This document shows, in pieces, positions 7,931 to 16,469 of a stretch of DNA of 41,075 nt. The notes under the pieces are model-generated. The model saw only the letters and a list, made by a program, of their open reading frames with translations, made no database searches and had not been told where the DNA came from. This stretch comes from an uncultured Candidatus Bathyarchaeia archaeon (GTDB taxonomy: Archaea; Thermoproteota; Bathyarchaeia; EX4484-135; B24-G1). Numbering within the stretch: the stretch's first letter is position 1; each line of letters starts with the position of its first letter. Where the stretch lies: positions 1-41,075 of the forward strand of contig CAZKUI010000002.1 of the NCBI GenBank assembly GCA_964555905.1. The letters are read 5' to 3'. The position numbers and the translations under genes were made by a program.

Positions 7931-8626
7931 TTGCCTACGGTTAAAACTCCGCTAATCCTCCTCAATTTCAAAACATTTCAGGAGACTACCGGAAAAAACG
8001 CGGTTAGGGTGGCGAAGATAGCGGAGAGGGCGAGCCTCGAGACGGGCGTATGCATAATAGTGGCGCCGCAGTTCGTAGACATCCTAAGAGTCAGCCAAGA
8101 AGTTTCCATACCGGTCTTCGCCCAGCACATAGACCCCATAACCCCAGGGCCGTATACGGGTCACATACTGCCTGAGGCGGTGAAGGAGGCGGGGGCGGTT
8201 GGGGCGATTATCAACCACTCTGAGAGGGAAATCACCATAACCACCATACACAAGGCGGTGGAGAGGGCTCGGGAGGTCGGTCTCCTATCCCTGATTTGCT
8301 GTTCAACCGACCCGATATGCGCCGCATCCGTCTCCCTACACCCAGACATGCTGGCATTAGAGCCGCCTGAACTCATAGGAACCCCCATGTCCGTCTCTAG
8401 GGCTAAGCCCCACTCCATAGTTCGGCTGGTTGAGGCCATAAAAAACTCCGACTATAACATAATCCCCCTATGCGGCGCAGGCGTTAGAACCAAAAATGAC
8501 GTGAAGATCGCGCTCCAACTTGGAGCCAAAGGCGTGATCGTCGGCAGCGCCGTGAAGAGCAAGAATTTATATGGGTTGCTGTTGGATATGGCAGAGGCGG
8601 CAGTGGAGATCGAAGATGAAGGTTAG
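7931..8626 (+). CDS. tpiA: Triosephosphate isomerase (short archaeal type)
   Basis: The 231-aa protein has LILLNFKTF (catalytic N/K region), INHSEREI (His) and LALEPPELIG (catalytic Glu). The start is TTG. Confidence 0.88.
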   Translation: MPTVKTPLILLNFKTFQETTGKNAVRVAKIAERASLETGVCIIVAPQFVDILRVSQEVSIPVFAQHIDPITPGPYTGHILPEAVKEAGAVGAIINHSEREITITTIHKAVERAREVGLLSLICCSTDPICAASVSLHPDMLALEPPELIGTPMSVSRAKPHSIVRLVEAIKNSDYNIIPLCGAGVRTKNDVKIALQLGAKGVIVGSAVKSKNLYGLLLDMAEAAVEIEDEG

Positions 8627-9497
8627 CCCACGGTGCGCGCCGTGCATACTCTACCGTGGGTGCATGGAAGCTAAGCGGGCTGGAGCAAGCCAGCAGGTGC
8701 AATTTGAGGTTATGAAGGCTTTACTGGACTTCCTATCGGAGGAGTTCACCCCGGACGCCGTTCCAGCCGTCCTCGGAACGAAGCGGGACCGCATCGTCAA
8801 GAAACTCACGGGAAACCCGGATCCATATCGAGAGGCGAAGCTGGAGAGCGACCGGAGGGGGTTGGAGATACTCCCCCTGGCCAGGCGGTTAATAGAGGGC
8901 GAGGGCACCCAGGAGGGAAGGTTTAGGAGAGCCTGCCTGTGCAGCATAGTGGGAAACGTGATGGAGTTTGACGTTCTAGGCCACGATTTCGGCTATGAGG
9001 GGGTGAAAGCCGCCATCTTAGACGCTGAAAGGAACCTCGCGATAGACGACATCCCCACCCTATACGAAGTGGCTGAGAGCGCTGTGAACGTAATGCTCCT
9101 CACAGATAATGCGGGGGAGATAGCCCTTGATATCCCCCTAGTGGAGGAGTTAAAGCGTTTAGGCGCCCGCGTTACCGTCGCCGTGAAGGGCGGCCCAGCC
9201 TTAAATGACGCCACCATGGACGACGCCGTCCTAGTGGGCGTAGACAGGGTTGCAGACGAGGTTATAACGACGGGGACGGATACGGTGGGCCTCATTCTCG
9301 AGGAGTGCCCCCAAGAGTTTCTGGATGTATACCACTCTGCGGATTTGATCATAGCTAAGGGGATGGGCCACCTAGAAACCCTAACCGAGTATAAGCTTCA
9401 CGCCCCCCACGCCTTCCTACTCCACACGAAGTGCGAAACCGTTGCGGAGTATCTCGGCGTGGACGTGAAAAAGAACGTCGTGAAGGTGCTTCAATAA
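8616..9497 (+). CDS. DUF89 (ARMT1-like) metal-dependent phosphatase family protein
   Basis: MKVSPRCAPCILYRG at the N-terminus, plus LLTDNAGEIALD and IAKGMGHLETL, resemble DUF89 motifs. ATG at 8616 overlaps the tpiA end by 11 nt. The longer ORF from 8571 is an out-of-frame overlap with tpiA. Confidence 0.7.
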   Translation: MKVSPRCAPCILYRGCMEAKRAGASQQVQFEVMKALLDFLSEEFTPDAVPAVLGTKRDRIVKKLTGNPDPYREAKLESDRRGLEILPLARRLIEGEGTQEGRFRRACLCSIVGNVMEFDVLGHDFGYEGVKAAILDAERNLAIDDIPTLYEVAESAVNVMLLTDNAGEIALDIPLVEELKRLGARVTVAVKGGPALNDATMDDAVLVGVDRVADEVITTGTDTVGLILEECPQEFLDVYHSADLIIAKGMGHLETLTEYKLHAPHAFLLHTKCETVAEYLGVDVKKNVVKVLQ

Positions 9498-9531
9498 GGG
9501 AGTGAGTAAACGTCCCTAAATCTTAAATGAC

Positions 9532-9900
9532 GTGGAAGCCATTCTTAACGTGGAGGGCGTAACGGTGAAGGTCATCAGCGCAAAGGAACTATCGGAGAAG
9601 TGGGAGTTAAATGAGGACGACATTTTCAGGGAGCTGCTTGAGGTGCTCAGGGAGTTTAAGAGGGGTGAGTGGAAGCCCGGTGAGAGGGGCTACCTAGTGA
9701 ATGACGAAAGGAAGGAGGTCTACATAATAGACCCCGACGATATATACGTCATAGGAAGCGGCTCCGGGGTTCTCACGTTAAGCAAGCTCTGCGAACATTT
9801 CGGGGTGGATAAGGAGTGCATGACTTGGCTCCTCCGGAAGCTCTATAGGCTGCAGAGGATCCGTGAGGATGTGTATAGGCATTACATGAGCGCCACTTAG
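9532..9900 (+). CDS. Hypothetical protein (122 aa)
   Basis: An intact ORF with a GTG start and acidic/basic mixed composition. I recognised no motif. Confidence 0.4.
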   Translation: MEAILNVEGVTVKVISAKELSEKWELNEDDIFRELLEVLREFKRGEWKPGERGYLVNDERKEVYIIDPDDIYVIGSGSGVLTLSKLCEHFGVDKECMTWLLRKLYRLQRIREDVYRHYMSAT

Positions 9901-9917
9901 CTTCTACGCCTCCGTCG

Positions 9918-12380
9918 CTAATAGAAGAGGCTTCTGAGGCGGCGTTTGAGGCTTTCCTTCGTCACGAATATCTTCTTATCTTTCCCGAAGTACCCGTCTA
10001 GGGCTTTGGACGCCAGCGCCTGCTCTATCAACTTCCTAATTTCCTTCTCGCTTAGTATGGACTCCTTGGATAGGTCCTTCAGGTTCACCCATCCCCTTTC
10101 CCGGATTATTTTGAGCATTTCTTCCCTGGCCTTCGGCTTGAGCTTCGCCGCCCTCCAAGTCCTCCATCCCACGCCGGAGCCTATTAGTACGGCGGCGACG
10201 GCTGCGATGAATATCGGGATTTGGGAGAGGGGTATTGGAATTGGGGATGTGATAGTAACCGCCACCTCCTCCCCTTCCCTTTCTAGACTGATGGACTTAG
10301 ATGCGGAGAATCCCCACGCGGACGCCTTAACGAGGTAGGAGCCGCTCGGTACGTTCACGAATTGAATGCAGCCGTCGGAGCCCGTGGACCCGGAGAGGAT
10401 TACCGTCCCGTTGGGCCACGCAAGCTTCACGTCGGCCCAGGCGACTCCCTTACCCGCTTCGTCCACCACGTGGATGGAGACGTCGTAGACGCGGCAGGCG
10501 AGGGGGTCTACGGTTAGGTCCCCGGAGGAGAGGTCTACGTCCATGGATGCCACCTCAACCCCGAGCCAGTACGCCTTGAGGGTGTACTTGCCCGCGAGTA
10601 GGCGGCTTATGGTAGCCCACCCGGTGGCTGATGTCGCGCTAAGCGGCGCGGCCTCCCTCCCCTTTACGTCGTAGACGCGGAGTGTCACGCCCTCCACCGC
10701 TTCTCCATCCCCGTCTACGCACCTCACGCTCAACGTTCTAAGGAGTAACTCCGCGGGAACCGCCATAGATGAACTTAAGGTGAGACGCTTCTCTAGGGCT
10801 AGATTCCCATAAGAAATCGCGACGATGTAATCGCCGAAGTACTCAACACCCGTAGCGGAAGCCACCTTCTCCACGAGGGGGAAGCCCACCTTACCGTCCG
10901 CGCCCGTGGTTGCGTTCGCCGCCAAGGAGCCATTATGCACGTAGTAGACGCTCACCAGTGCACCCTCCACCGGTTGGTACTCCACCGTTACAGATACATT
11001 CAGGAACCAACCCAGAATGGTGGACGCCGTATCGTAGACGCCTATACCCCCCTCAGCGGGCGTGCCGAGGAGCGTGGCGGATGAGCCGTCGTAGCAACCC
11101 ACACGCCCAGCGATGGCGGAGTTCTCCGCATAAAGTCGGGATTCACCGAAGCACCGCACATCCCCTGACACGGTTGCCCGACGCAAATAAAGCCTAGAAA
11201 AGCCGTGTGCATCCGCTAGGTCGGTCACCGTAGAGTCACGTATGACCGCCGTGGAGTGGTCATACGTGTATAACTTGCTTAAGGTTGAGCGTTTAACGTT
11301 CAGCAACGAGTCATCAAAGCTGAGCGCCGACCTCTCCACCCGACACTCCACTAGGGTGAGGTTGGAGGATTCGTAACACTCCACCGAGGACAACGGCAGG
11401 CTTAGAACCCTGACACCTGAGGTTCCATAGCAACTTACCCTCCACGGGTCCCTAACCGTGACACCCTCCATAGTAAACTCCATAAACGCCTCGATGACGC
11501 TGTTATCTTCGTAGAGGTCCCAGCGCTCGAAGCTCCCCGTGGGTAGGCTCGTGAGGGTGAGGTTTGAGGTTCTTATGAAGTGCAACCCCACGGACTTCAA
11601 TTCCGAGGAGTATATGGACACGGTGGATGTTCCACCCACCTCCACACTCCAACCCCCAACCTCAGAGTCCCTAATAACGAAGCTCGGCTGAACCCACCAA
11701 ACCGTGTTATTCTTGCGGAGGTCCCAATAAGTCACGGTGCCAGGCCTGAGGTTAGAGATGATCATTTTAGCGTCCCACATGTCGAGGGTTACATCCGGCA
11801 GTATGGAGTCCTCTATGGTTAGGTCGCCTCCTCTACAGCTCACCCTGGCGGTGCAACCCTCCACGGTGAGGGTGGCGCCGCTTAGGCACTCAATCATGGC
11901 TATGGAGCAGTCCTCCAAGTGTGTCTCCCCACCGTAGCACTTCAGGGAGCCGTCGATGGTGGAGCCACTGATGGTGGCTGTTGTTAACTCGGTTATGTGG
12001 ACCTCAAACCAGTAACCACTAGTGATGGCGGACTTCTCCACCGTCAGCCCCGCGTAATCCTCAACGACTATGCTGAACTCACGGTTATACGACTGATTTA
12101 GCACCAACTCTGCATTTCTGATTATGAGAGCGGCGGTCTCACGCACAATGATGTTCCCAGTTTGCACAAAACGGCAGTTTTCTATGGTCAGGGTGCGGGT
12201 TCCTTCAACTACCAAGTCCCCAACGTGAACCACCTCACCCGCACGGAGCGCCGAACTAGAAACCTTAGTTGGAACAGCGGCACCGCCTTCACGCGCCATT
12301 ACAGGTGTAAAAGCAAGCCCGAGAGACAGCAGGATTAACGACGCGAATATGATAGTGGTGATGAGTTTTAGGCGCTTCAT
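9918..12380 (-). CDS. Large cell-surface protein: signal/anchor, beta-helix-like repeats, three CarboxypepD_reg/Ig-like domains, TM helix, cytoplasmic wHTH-like tail
   Basis: MKRLKLITTIIFASLILLSLGLAFTPVMA is a signal-like N-terminus (ATG 12380; the ORF can extend to 12401). A long region has short beta-strand repeats and many N-x-S/T sequons. Three segments of the GADGKVGF / GSDGCIQFVNVPSGSY type follow. The TM helix IPIFIAAVAAVLIGSGVGW lies at about 10155-10226, followed by a 78-aa basic tail. Confidence 0.6.
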   Translation of the reverse strand: MKRLKLITTIIFASLILLSLGLAFTPVMAREGGAAVPTKVSSSALRAGEVVHVGDLVVEGTRTLTIENCRFVQTGNIIVRETAALIIRNAELVLNQSYNREFSIVVEDYAGLTVEKSAITSGYWFEVHITELTTATISGSTIDGSLKCYGGETHLEDCSIAMIECLSGATLTVEGCTARVSCRGGDLTIEDSILPDVTLDMWDAKMIISNLRPGTVTYWDLRKNNTVWWVQPSFVIRDSEVGGWSVEVGGTSTVSIYSSELKSVGLHFIRTSNLTLTSLPTGSFERWDLYEDNSVIEAFMEFTMEGVTVRDPWRVSCYGTSGVRVLSLPLSSVECYESSNLTLVECRVERSALSFDDSLLNVKRSTLSKLYTYDHSTAVIRDSTVTDLADAHGFSRLYLRRATVSGDVRCFGESRLYAENSAIAGRVGCYDGSSATLLGTPAEGGIGVYDTASTILGWFLNVSVTVEYQPVEGALVSVYYVHNGSLAANATTGADGKVGFPLVEKVASATGVEYFGDYIVAISYGNLALEKRLTLSSSMAVPAELLLRTLSVRCVDGDGEAVEGVTLRVYDVKGREAAPLSATSATGWATISRLLAGKYTLKAYWLGVEVASMDVDLSSGDLTVDPLACRVYDVSIHVVDEAGKGVAWADVKLAWPNGTVILSGSTGSDGCIQFVNVPSGSYLVKASAWGFSASKSISLEREGEEVAVTITSPIPIPLSQIPIFIAAVAAVLIGSGVGWRTWRAAKLKPKAREEMLKIIRERGWVNLKDLSKESILSEKEIRKLIEQALASKALDGYFGKDKKIFVTKESLKRRLRSLFY

Positions 12381-12588
12381 TCCGCGTATATGTAGATGCA
12401 ACAGGACTTAAACCTTTCTTCACCATTACTTCTTACCACGCGTAAGTTAGGCATTTTTCGCACCTTTTTATGCCCACCAGACAGATTAAAGTGGAAAGCC
12501 TGCATAGCACAGCACGGACGTAGAGGGGGAACCAACATCCTAAATTTTTAAACAACAGCTGCCAATTAACTTTAGCAATTCGGGAACG

Positions 12589-13203
12589 TTGGGACGGAAA
12601 ATGGACGGGGCTGAACGCGCCTCCATCTGGCTTGCTAAGTTAATTTCGTACATTTTTTCAGCTCCGCTTTTCGCCTTGTATAGCGTCGTCCTAATTGCCC
12701 TACAAGGAGGCGACGTATTTCACCCCCTTCACGCATGCACGGCAATCCTCATCTGCTTCGTCTACCTCACCGTTCTCCCCCTACTACCCATAATAGTGGG
12801 CAGCATCTTCGGGCGCGTAGACCTATTCGTCTCAGAAAGGGAGAAACGCGCCAGATTCTTTCTATTAGCCCTCCTGAGCTACACCCTCGGAATCCTAACA
12901 TCCCAGCTACTTGGGTGTAGGGGTCTACTCATCATACACGCCAGCTATTTCATCGTCACCCTAGCCATGATGCTCACAACCCTACGCACAAAGGCAAGCG
13001 TCCACGTAGCTGGAGTGATGGGGCCAGCCACCTACACCGTCTACCTACTAGGGCCAAGCAGCATATGGCTATACCTAATTTCCATTCCAGTGGCATGGGC
13101 GAGAATCAAGCTGGGGGCACACACGATCACGGAAGTGGCGCTGGGAGGAGGAATAGCAGTAGCCGCCACCATACTCACATGCTACGCCATAAACCACGTG
13201 TAA
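12589..13203 (+). CDS. Integral membrane protein (5-6 TM), function unknown
   Basis: It is hydrophobic throughout. A weak PAP2-like tail (ARIKLGAHTITEVALGG) is not enough for a call. An alternative ATG start is at 12601. Confidence 0.45.
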   Translation: MGRKMDGAERASIWLAKLISYIFSAPLFALYSVVLIALQGGDVFHPLHACTAILICFVYLTVLPLLPIIVGSIFGRVDLFVSEREKRARFFLLALLSYTLGILTSQLLGCRGLLIIHASYFIVTLAMMLTTLRTKASVHVAGVMGPATYTVYLLGPSSIWLYLISIPVAWARIKLGAHTITEVALGGGIAVAATILTCYAINHV

Positions 13204-13280
13204 ATTACCTTCCAGGAAGAAAATCTTAAAAAGTGCTTGGGTCTTAAGGTGAATTTGCGTGTTGCTAGGAAGTGGAATAA

Positions 13281-14249
13281 ATGGAGAGGGTAGAGTTTCT
13301 ATATTTGAGTAGGGATGATATATTGGGGCTGGATATCTCCCTAAAGGACGTTATCCGGGCGGTGGAAACCTCTTTTAGGGAGCACGGCGAGAAACAGGTG
13401 CAGATGCCGCCGAAGCCGGGGATATTCCCCCGTCCACACGCGTTTATCCATGCGATGCCCGCGTATTTGAGGAGGCCAGACCTAGCTGGCATGAAGTGGG
13501 TTAGCGGGTACCCACAGGCGCGTAAGTACGGCCTCCCATATATAATGGGATTACTCGTACTGAATGACGCGGAGACTGGAAAGCCATACTGCATAATGGA
13601 GTGCGGCTTGGTCACCGCGATGAGGACTGGCGCTGCATCGGCTGTGGCTGCGAAGTATCTGGCAAGGAGGGATTCAGAGACGGTTGCAATCATCGGGTGT
13701 GGAGAGCAGGGTAGGTGGCAGTTAACGGTTCTTAACGAGGTATTGGATATAAGGCGGGTTAAGGTCTACGACGTGCGTATGGAAGCCATGAAAAGCTACG
13801 TGGAGGAGATGAGTAGGAAGACAGGCCTTGAGATAACCCCCACCGAAACGGCTAGGGACGCAATAGTGGACGCTGACGTGGTTGTCACAGCGGTCTCTGA
13901 GGATGCAAAGCCATTCGTGAGGCCGGAGTGGCTTAGGGAGGGGGTTCTATGCCTACCACTAGAACTTGTAATTGCCTACACGGACGAGGCAATCAACTCC
14001 ATGGACAAGATCATCGTAGACGACTGGAACCAAACCAAGCTCCACCTACAAACAATGGGAAGAACAATTCCAACACCATACGCGGAGTTAGGAGAGATAG
14101 TGGCAGGAAGGAAACCCGGAAGGGAGAGTGACACAGAGAAGATATGGGACTCAAACTATGGACTTGCAACCCACGACGTGATAGTTGGCCACCTAATATA
14201 CGAAGAAGCGGTCAAAGAGGGAGTTGGAACGCAGCTCACACTCATGTAA
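13281..14249 (+). CDS. Ornithine cyclodeaminase / mu-crystallin family enzyme (OCD, archaeal alanine dehydrogenase or ketimine reductase type)
   Basis: The 322-aa protein has MRTGAASAVAAKYLAR followed by the Rossmann motif VAIIGCGEQG, the typical family layout. Confidence 0.8.
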   Translation: MERVEFLYLSRDDILGLDISLKDVIRAVETSFREHGEKQVQMPPKPGIFPRPHAFIHAMPAYLRRPDLAGMKWVSGYPQARKYGLPYIMGLLVLNDAETGKPYCIMECGLVTAMRTGAASAVAAKYLARRDSETVAIIGCGEQGRWQLTVLNEVLDIRRVKVYDVRMEAMKSYVEEMSRKTGLEITPTETARDAIVDADVVVTAVSEDAKPFVRPEWLREGVLCLPLELVIAYTDEAINSMDKIIVDDWNQTKLHLQTMGRTIPTPYAELGEIVAGRKPGRESDTEKIWDSNYGLATHDVIVGHLIYEEAVKEGVGTQLTLM

Positions 14250-14351
14250 ATACGCAAGAACCACGTCAGTTACGCTTGTAGCGCGGTCTCCCCACATGGT
14301 TTACCTAACAACAATAAATGGCAGTAGCAACGTTTCTATAAACGTTAGTTA

Positions 14352-14795
14352 CTATCCTCTTCGTTGTCTTCGCTGTAGACTCCGTATATACCAACGGAGC
14401 GACATTCTATAAGCCATAGCAAAAAATACACCATACACGAAGCCCAGCAACACCAAACTGAGCGCCAAAGACGGAAGATTGTTCACCTGATAAGGAGAGA
14501 ATAACGCAGGGTCTCTGGTCAATATATAGAGGAGGATGTCCCTAAGGAAGCTGGCGATTGGAAAAAGCAGCATCCAAGATAGAACGATCCTTATTGGGGG
14601 ATTACGCAACCGTGAAATGAGTGGAACGTGAGAATAGAACACATCCATGATATAGCTGAGGAACATTAATGGAATAAAGGTGGCTAAAATCCATGCCAAA
14701 GTGATTCCCTCCAAACTCCCAACAAAGACTGTAAGCATCATGAAGAGAACCATGGGTATTGCACTACAAAGGAGACCAATCCATCTCACATACAA
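14352..14795 (-). CDS. Small integral membrane protein (about 4 TM), unknown function
   Basis: A hydrophobic 147-aa ORF with a basic C-terminus. It lies 53 nt downstream of, and co-directional with, the NRAMP-like transporter gene. Confidence 0.4.
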   Translation of the reverse strand: MYVRWIGLLCSAIPMVLFMMLTVFVGSLEGITLAWILATFIPLMFLSYIMDVFYSHVPLISRLRNPPIRIVLSWMLLFPIASFLRDILLYILTRDPALFSPYQVNNLPSLALSLVLLGFVYGVFFAMAYRMSLRWYIRSLQRRQRRG

Positions 14796-14848
14796 GCCGA
14801 GACACCCTCACCCCAACCCTTGCCCACCGAATAATAAAAAGGGAGGGG

Positions 14849-16315
14849 TTAGAGTAGCGTAGGCAGGTACAGACCTACCAACGTATACCAGAAGACTACA
14901 GTGGAGATCAGCAGGAATATGAAGGGTATCCAGCTGGGCCTTATCTTCTCTCCAGCCGGGTGTATCTTGGGTAGGTGGAACCAGTTTAGGTAGAGCAGGA
15001 CTACGCAGTAAATTGCCATATTCAGCATGTTTGCAATCCCCGATGAAACTACCAGAGCGGCTGGTGGAGCGAGGAAGAACTCGATAGAGGCGATTATAGT
15101 GTAGATAGTGAACATGAGGTAGTATATGTCTCTGTAGTGCCACTTTCTGGTGGCTGGTATGTTAGATTGTAGGTTGCTTGCGATGGCTCGGCATACACCG
15201 TCATACGCTTCTAGGTAACAGTCTATGAGGAAGAAGAAGGCGAGCAGTAGCATCGCAACCCTTCCCGCGTCACCCCATAGGGCAGCGAACCACTCAGCCT
15301 GCACAACGCAGAGCTTCCAACCCGTTGGAGTTAACCCTTGAGGGTGAAGGATGGCAAGTGAGAGCATAGTCGTGAAAACTATGGTCAATGCATTGAGAAT
15401 CACGCCAAATGCATCGTCAACCCAGATCCATCTCACCCACTTCTTCCACTCCTTCTCCGCCTCAGGTGTCATTTCAAATCCATAGCCAACCTCCGGTATC
15501 GGCTCAGGCTTGCCCGTTACGGGGCTCGTGACCCGGCCGATATGCTTGGCCATGCCGGCGCCCTCATCCCTCACCCAGTACGTGTAGAGTAGGTTCCAGA
15601 AGCCTCCAGCGCCTGTGTAGGCAATCATGGTTACGAGCTTCCCAGCATCCGCTGGGTCCCAAGTGGGTGGTAGGCCGAGGCGTGGGGTGAAGAGAGCTGT
15701 GAGGTATTCGCCTAGGATTGCGTGGACCGCTGGTACTGCGATGACCACGCTCAGCATTCCGAAGAAGGAGGCGATTCCGGATAGGGTGGCAATTACCTCC
15801 ACCACCCTATAAGCTACCGGTCCTACCATTATCAGTATCCATATTAACCAGACTGCCAACTCAGCCCAGAATATGGTTCTCATCTTCGGTGACCAACCGG
15901 TCGGGAATTTCGTGAGTTCGGCTATTGCTGTGGCACCAGCTCCAGCAAGCCCAGCCACCCACGCTGTGGCCACGAGGACGAAGATGAGTATTATCCAAGC
16001 GATGAGACGATTAACCCTATGGAAACCCTCATACGTAGACTCACCAGTAGCCACCGTATATCTCGCTATTTCTAGGTTCACCCAGTATTGAAGTGATGCG
16101 AAGATGAACAGCCATCCTAGGAAGAAAGTTCCATACTTAGCGACCATGTAAGGCCACCAAATCAATTCTCCACTCCCTTGAGCCATGGCAGCCCATATCA
16201 TTCCTGGACCGAACACTGCAGCCCAACCGGGGAACTTCGGCAGGTCCTTCTTTTTAAGTGGCTCCTTTAGTCTTCCCCAGAGTAACTCTCCGATGCCGTT
16301 TTTCTTTTCTCCCAT
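14849..16315 (-). CDS. NRAMP-like (APC-fold) membrane transporter, divergent
   Basis: The 488-aa protein has about 11 TM helices. The N-terminal GPGMIWAAMAQGSGELIWWPYMVAKYG aligns by eye with the NRAMP TM1 region, but it lacks the canonical DPGN. Confidence 0.5.
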   Translation of the reverse strand: MGEKKNGIGELLWGRLKEPLKKKDLPKFPGWAAVFGPGMIWAAMAQGSGELIWWPYMVAKYGTFFLGWLFIFASLQYWVNLEIARYTVATGESTYEGFHRVNRLIAWIILIFVLVATAWVAGLAGAGATAIAELTKFPTGWSPKMRTIFWAELAVWLIWILIMVGPVAYRVVEVIATLSGIASFFGMLSVVIAVPAVHAILGEYLTALFTPRLGLPPTWDPADAGKLVTMIAYTGAGGFWNLLYTYWVRDEGAGMAKHIGRVTSPVTGKPEPIPEVGYGFEMTPEAEKEWKKWVRWIWVDDAFGVILNALTIVFTTMLSLAILHPQGLTPTGWKLCVVQAEWFAALWGDAGRVAMLLLAFFFLIDCYLEAYDGVCRAIASNLQSNIPATRKWHYRDIYYLMFTIYTIIASIEFFLAPPAALVVSSGIANMLNMAIYCVVLLYLNWFHLPKIHPAGEKIRPSWIPFIFLLISTVVFWYTLVGLYLPTLL

Positions 16316-16358
16316 CTTCCTCCCACGGTGCTAGGGCTAGCATAACTGCGTATATAAA

Positions 16359-16378
16359 TTTTTTGCATATGCAAAAAA
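16359..16378. promoter_or_regulatory. Perfect 20-bp palindrome TTTTTTGCATATGCAAAAAA next to a TATATAAA box
   Basis: It lies in the divergent intergenic region between the NRAMP-like gene (start 16315, minus) and the glycerate kinase gene (start 16470, plus). The TATA-like box at 16351-16358 abuts it. Confidence 0.55.
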
Positions 16379-16469
16379 AATACCATCCAAGCTCTCTAGA
16401 ATCTAACACGGTTATGGACGATATTCTTAAAAGTAAGCTCCATTTAAATGAAGATAGATGTGAAGCGCA

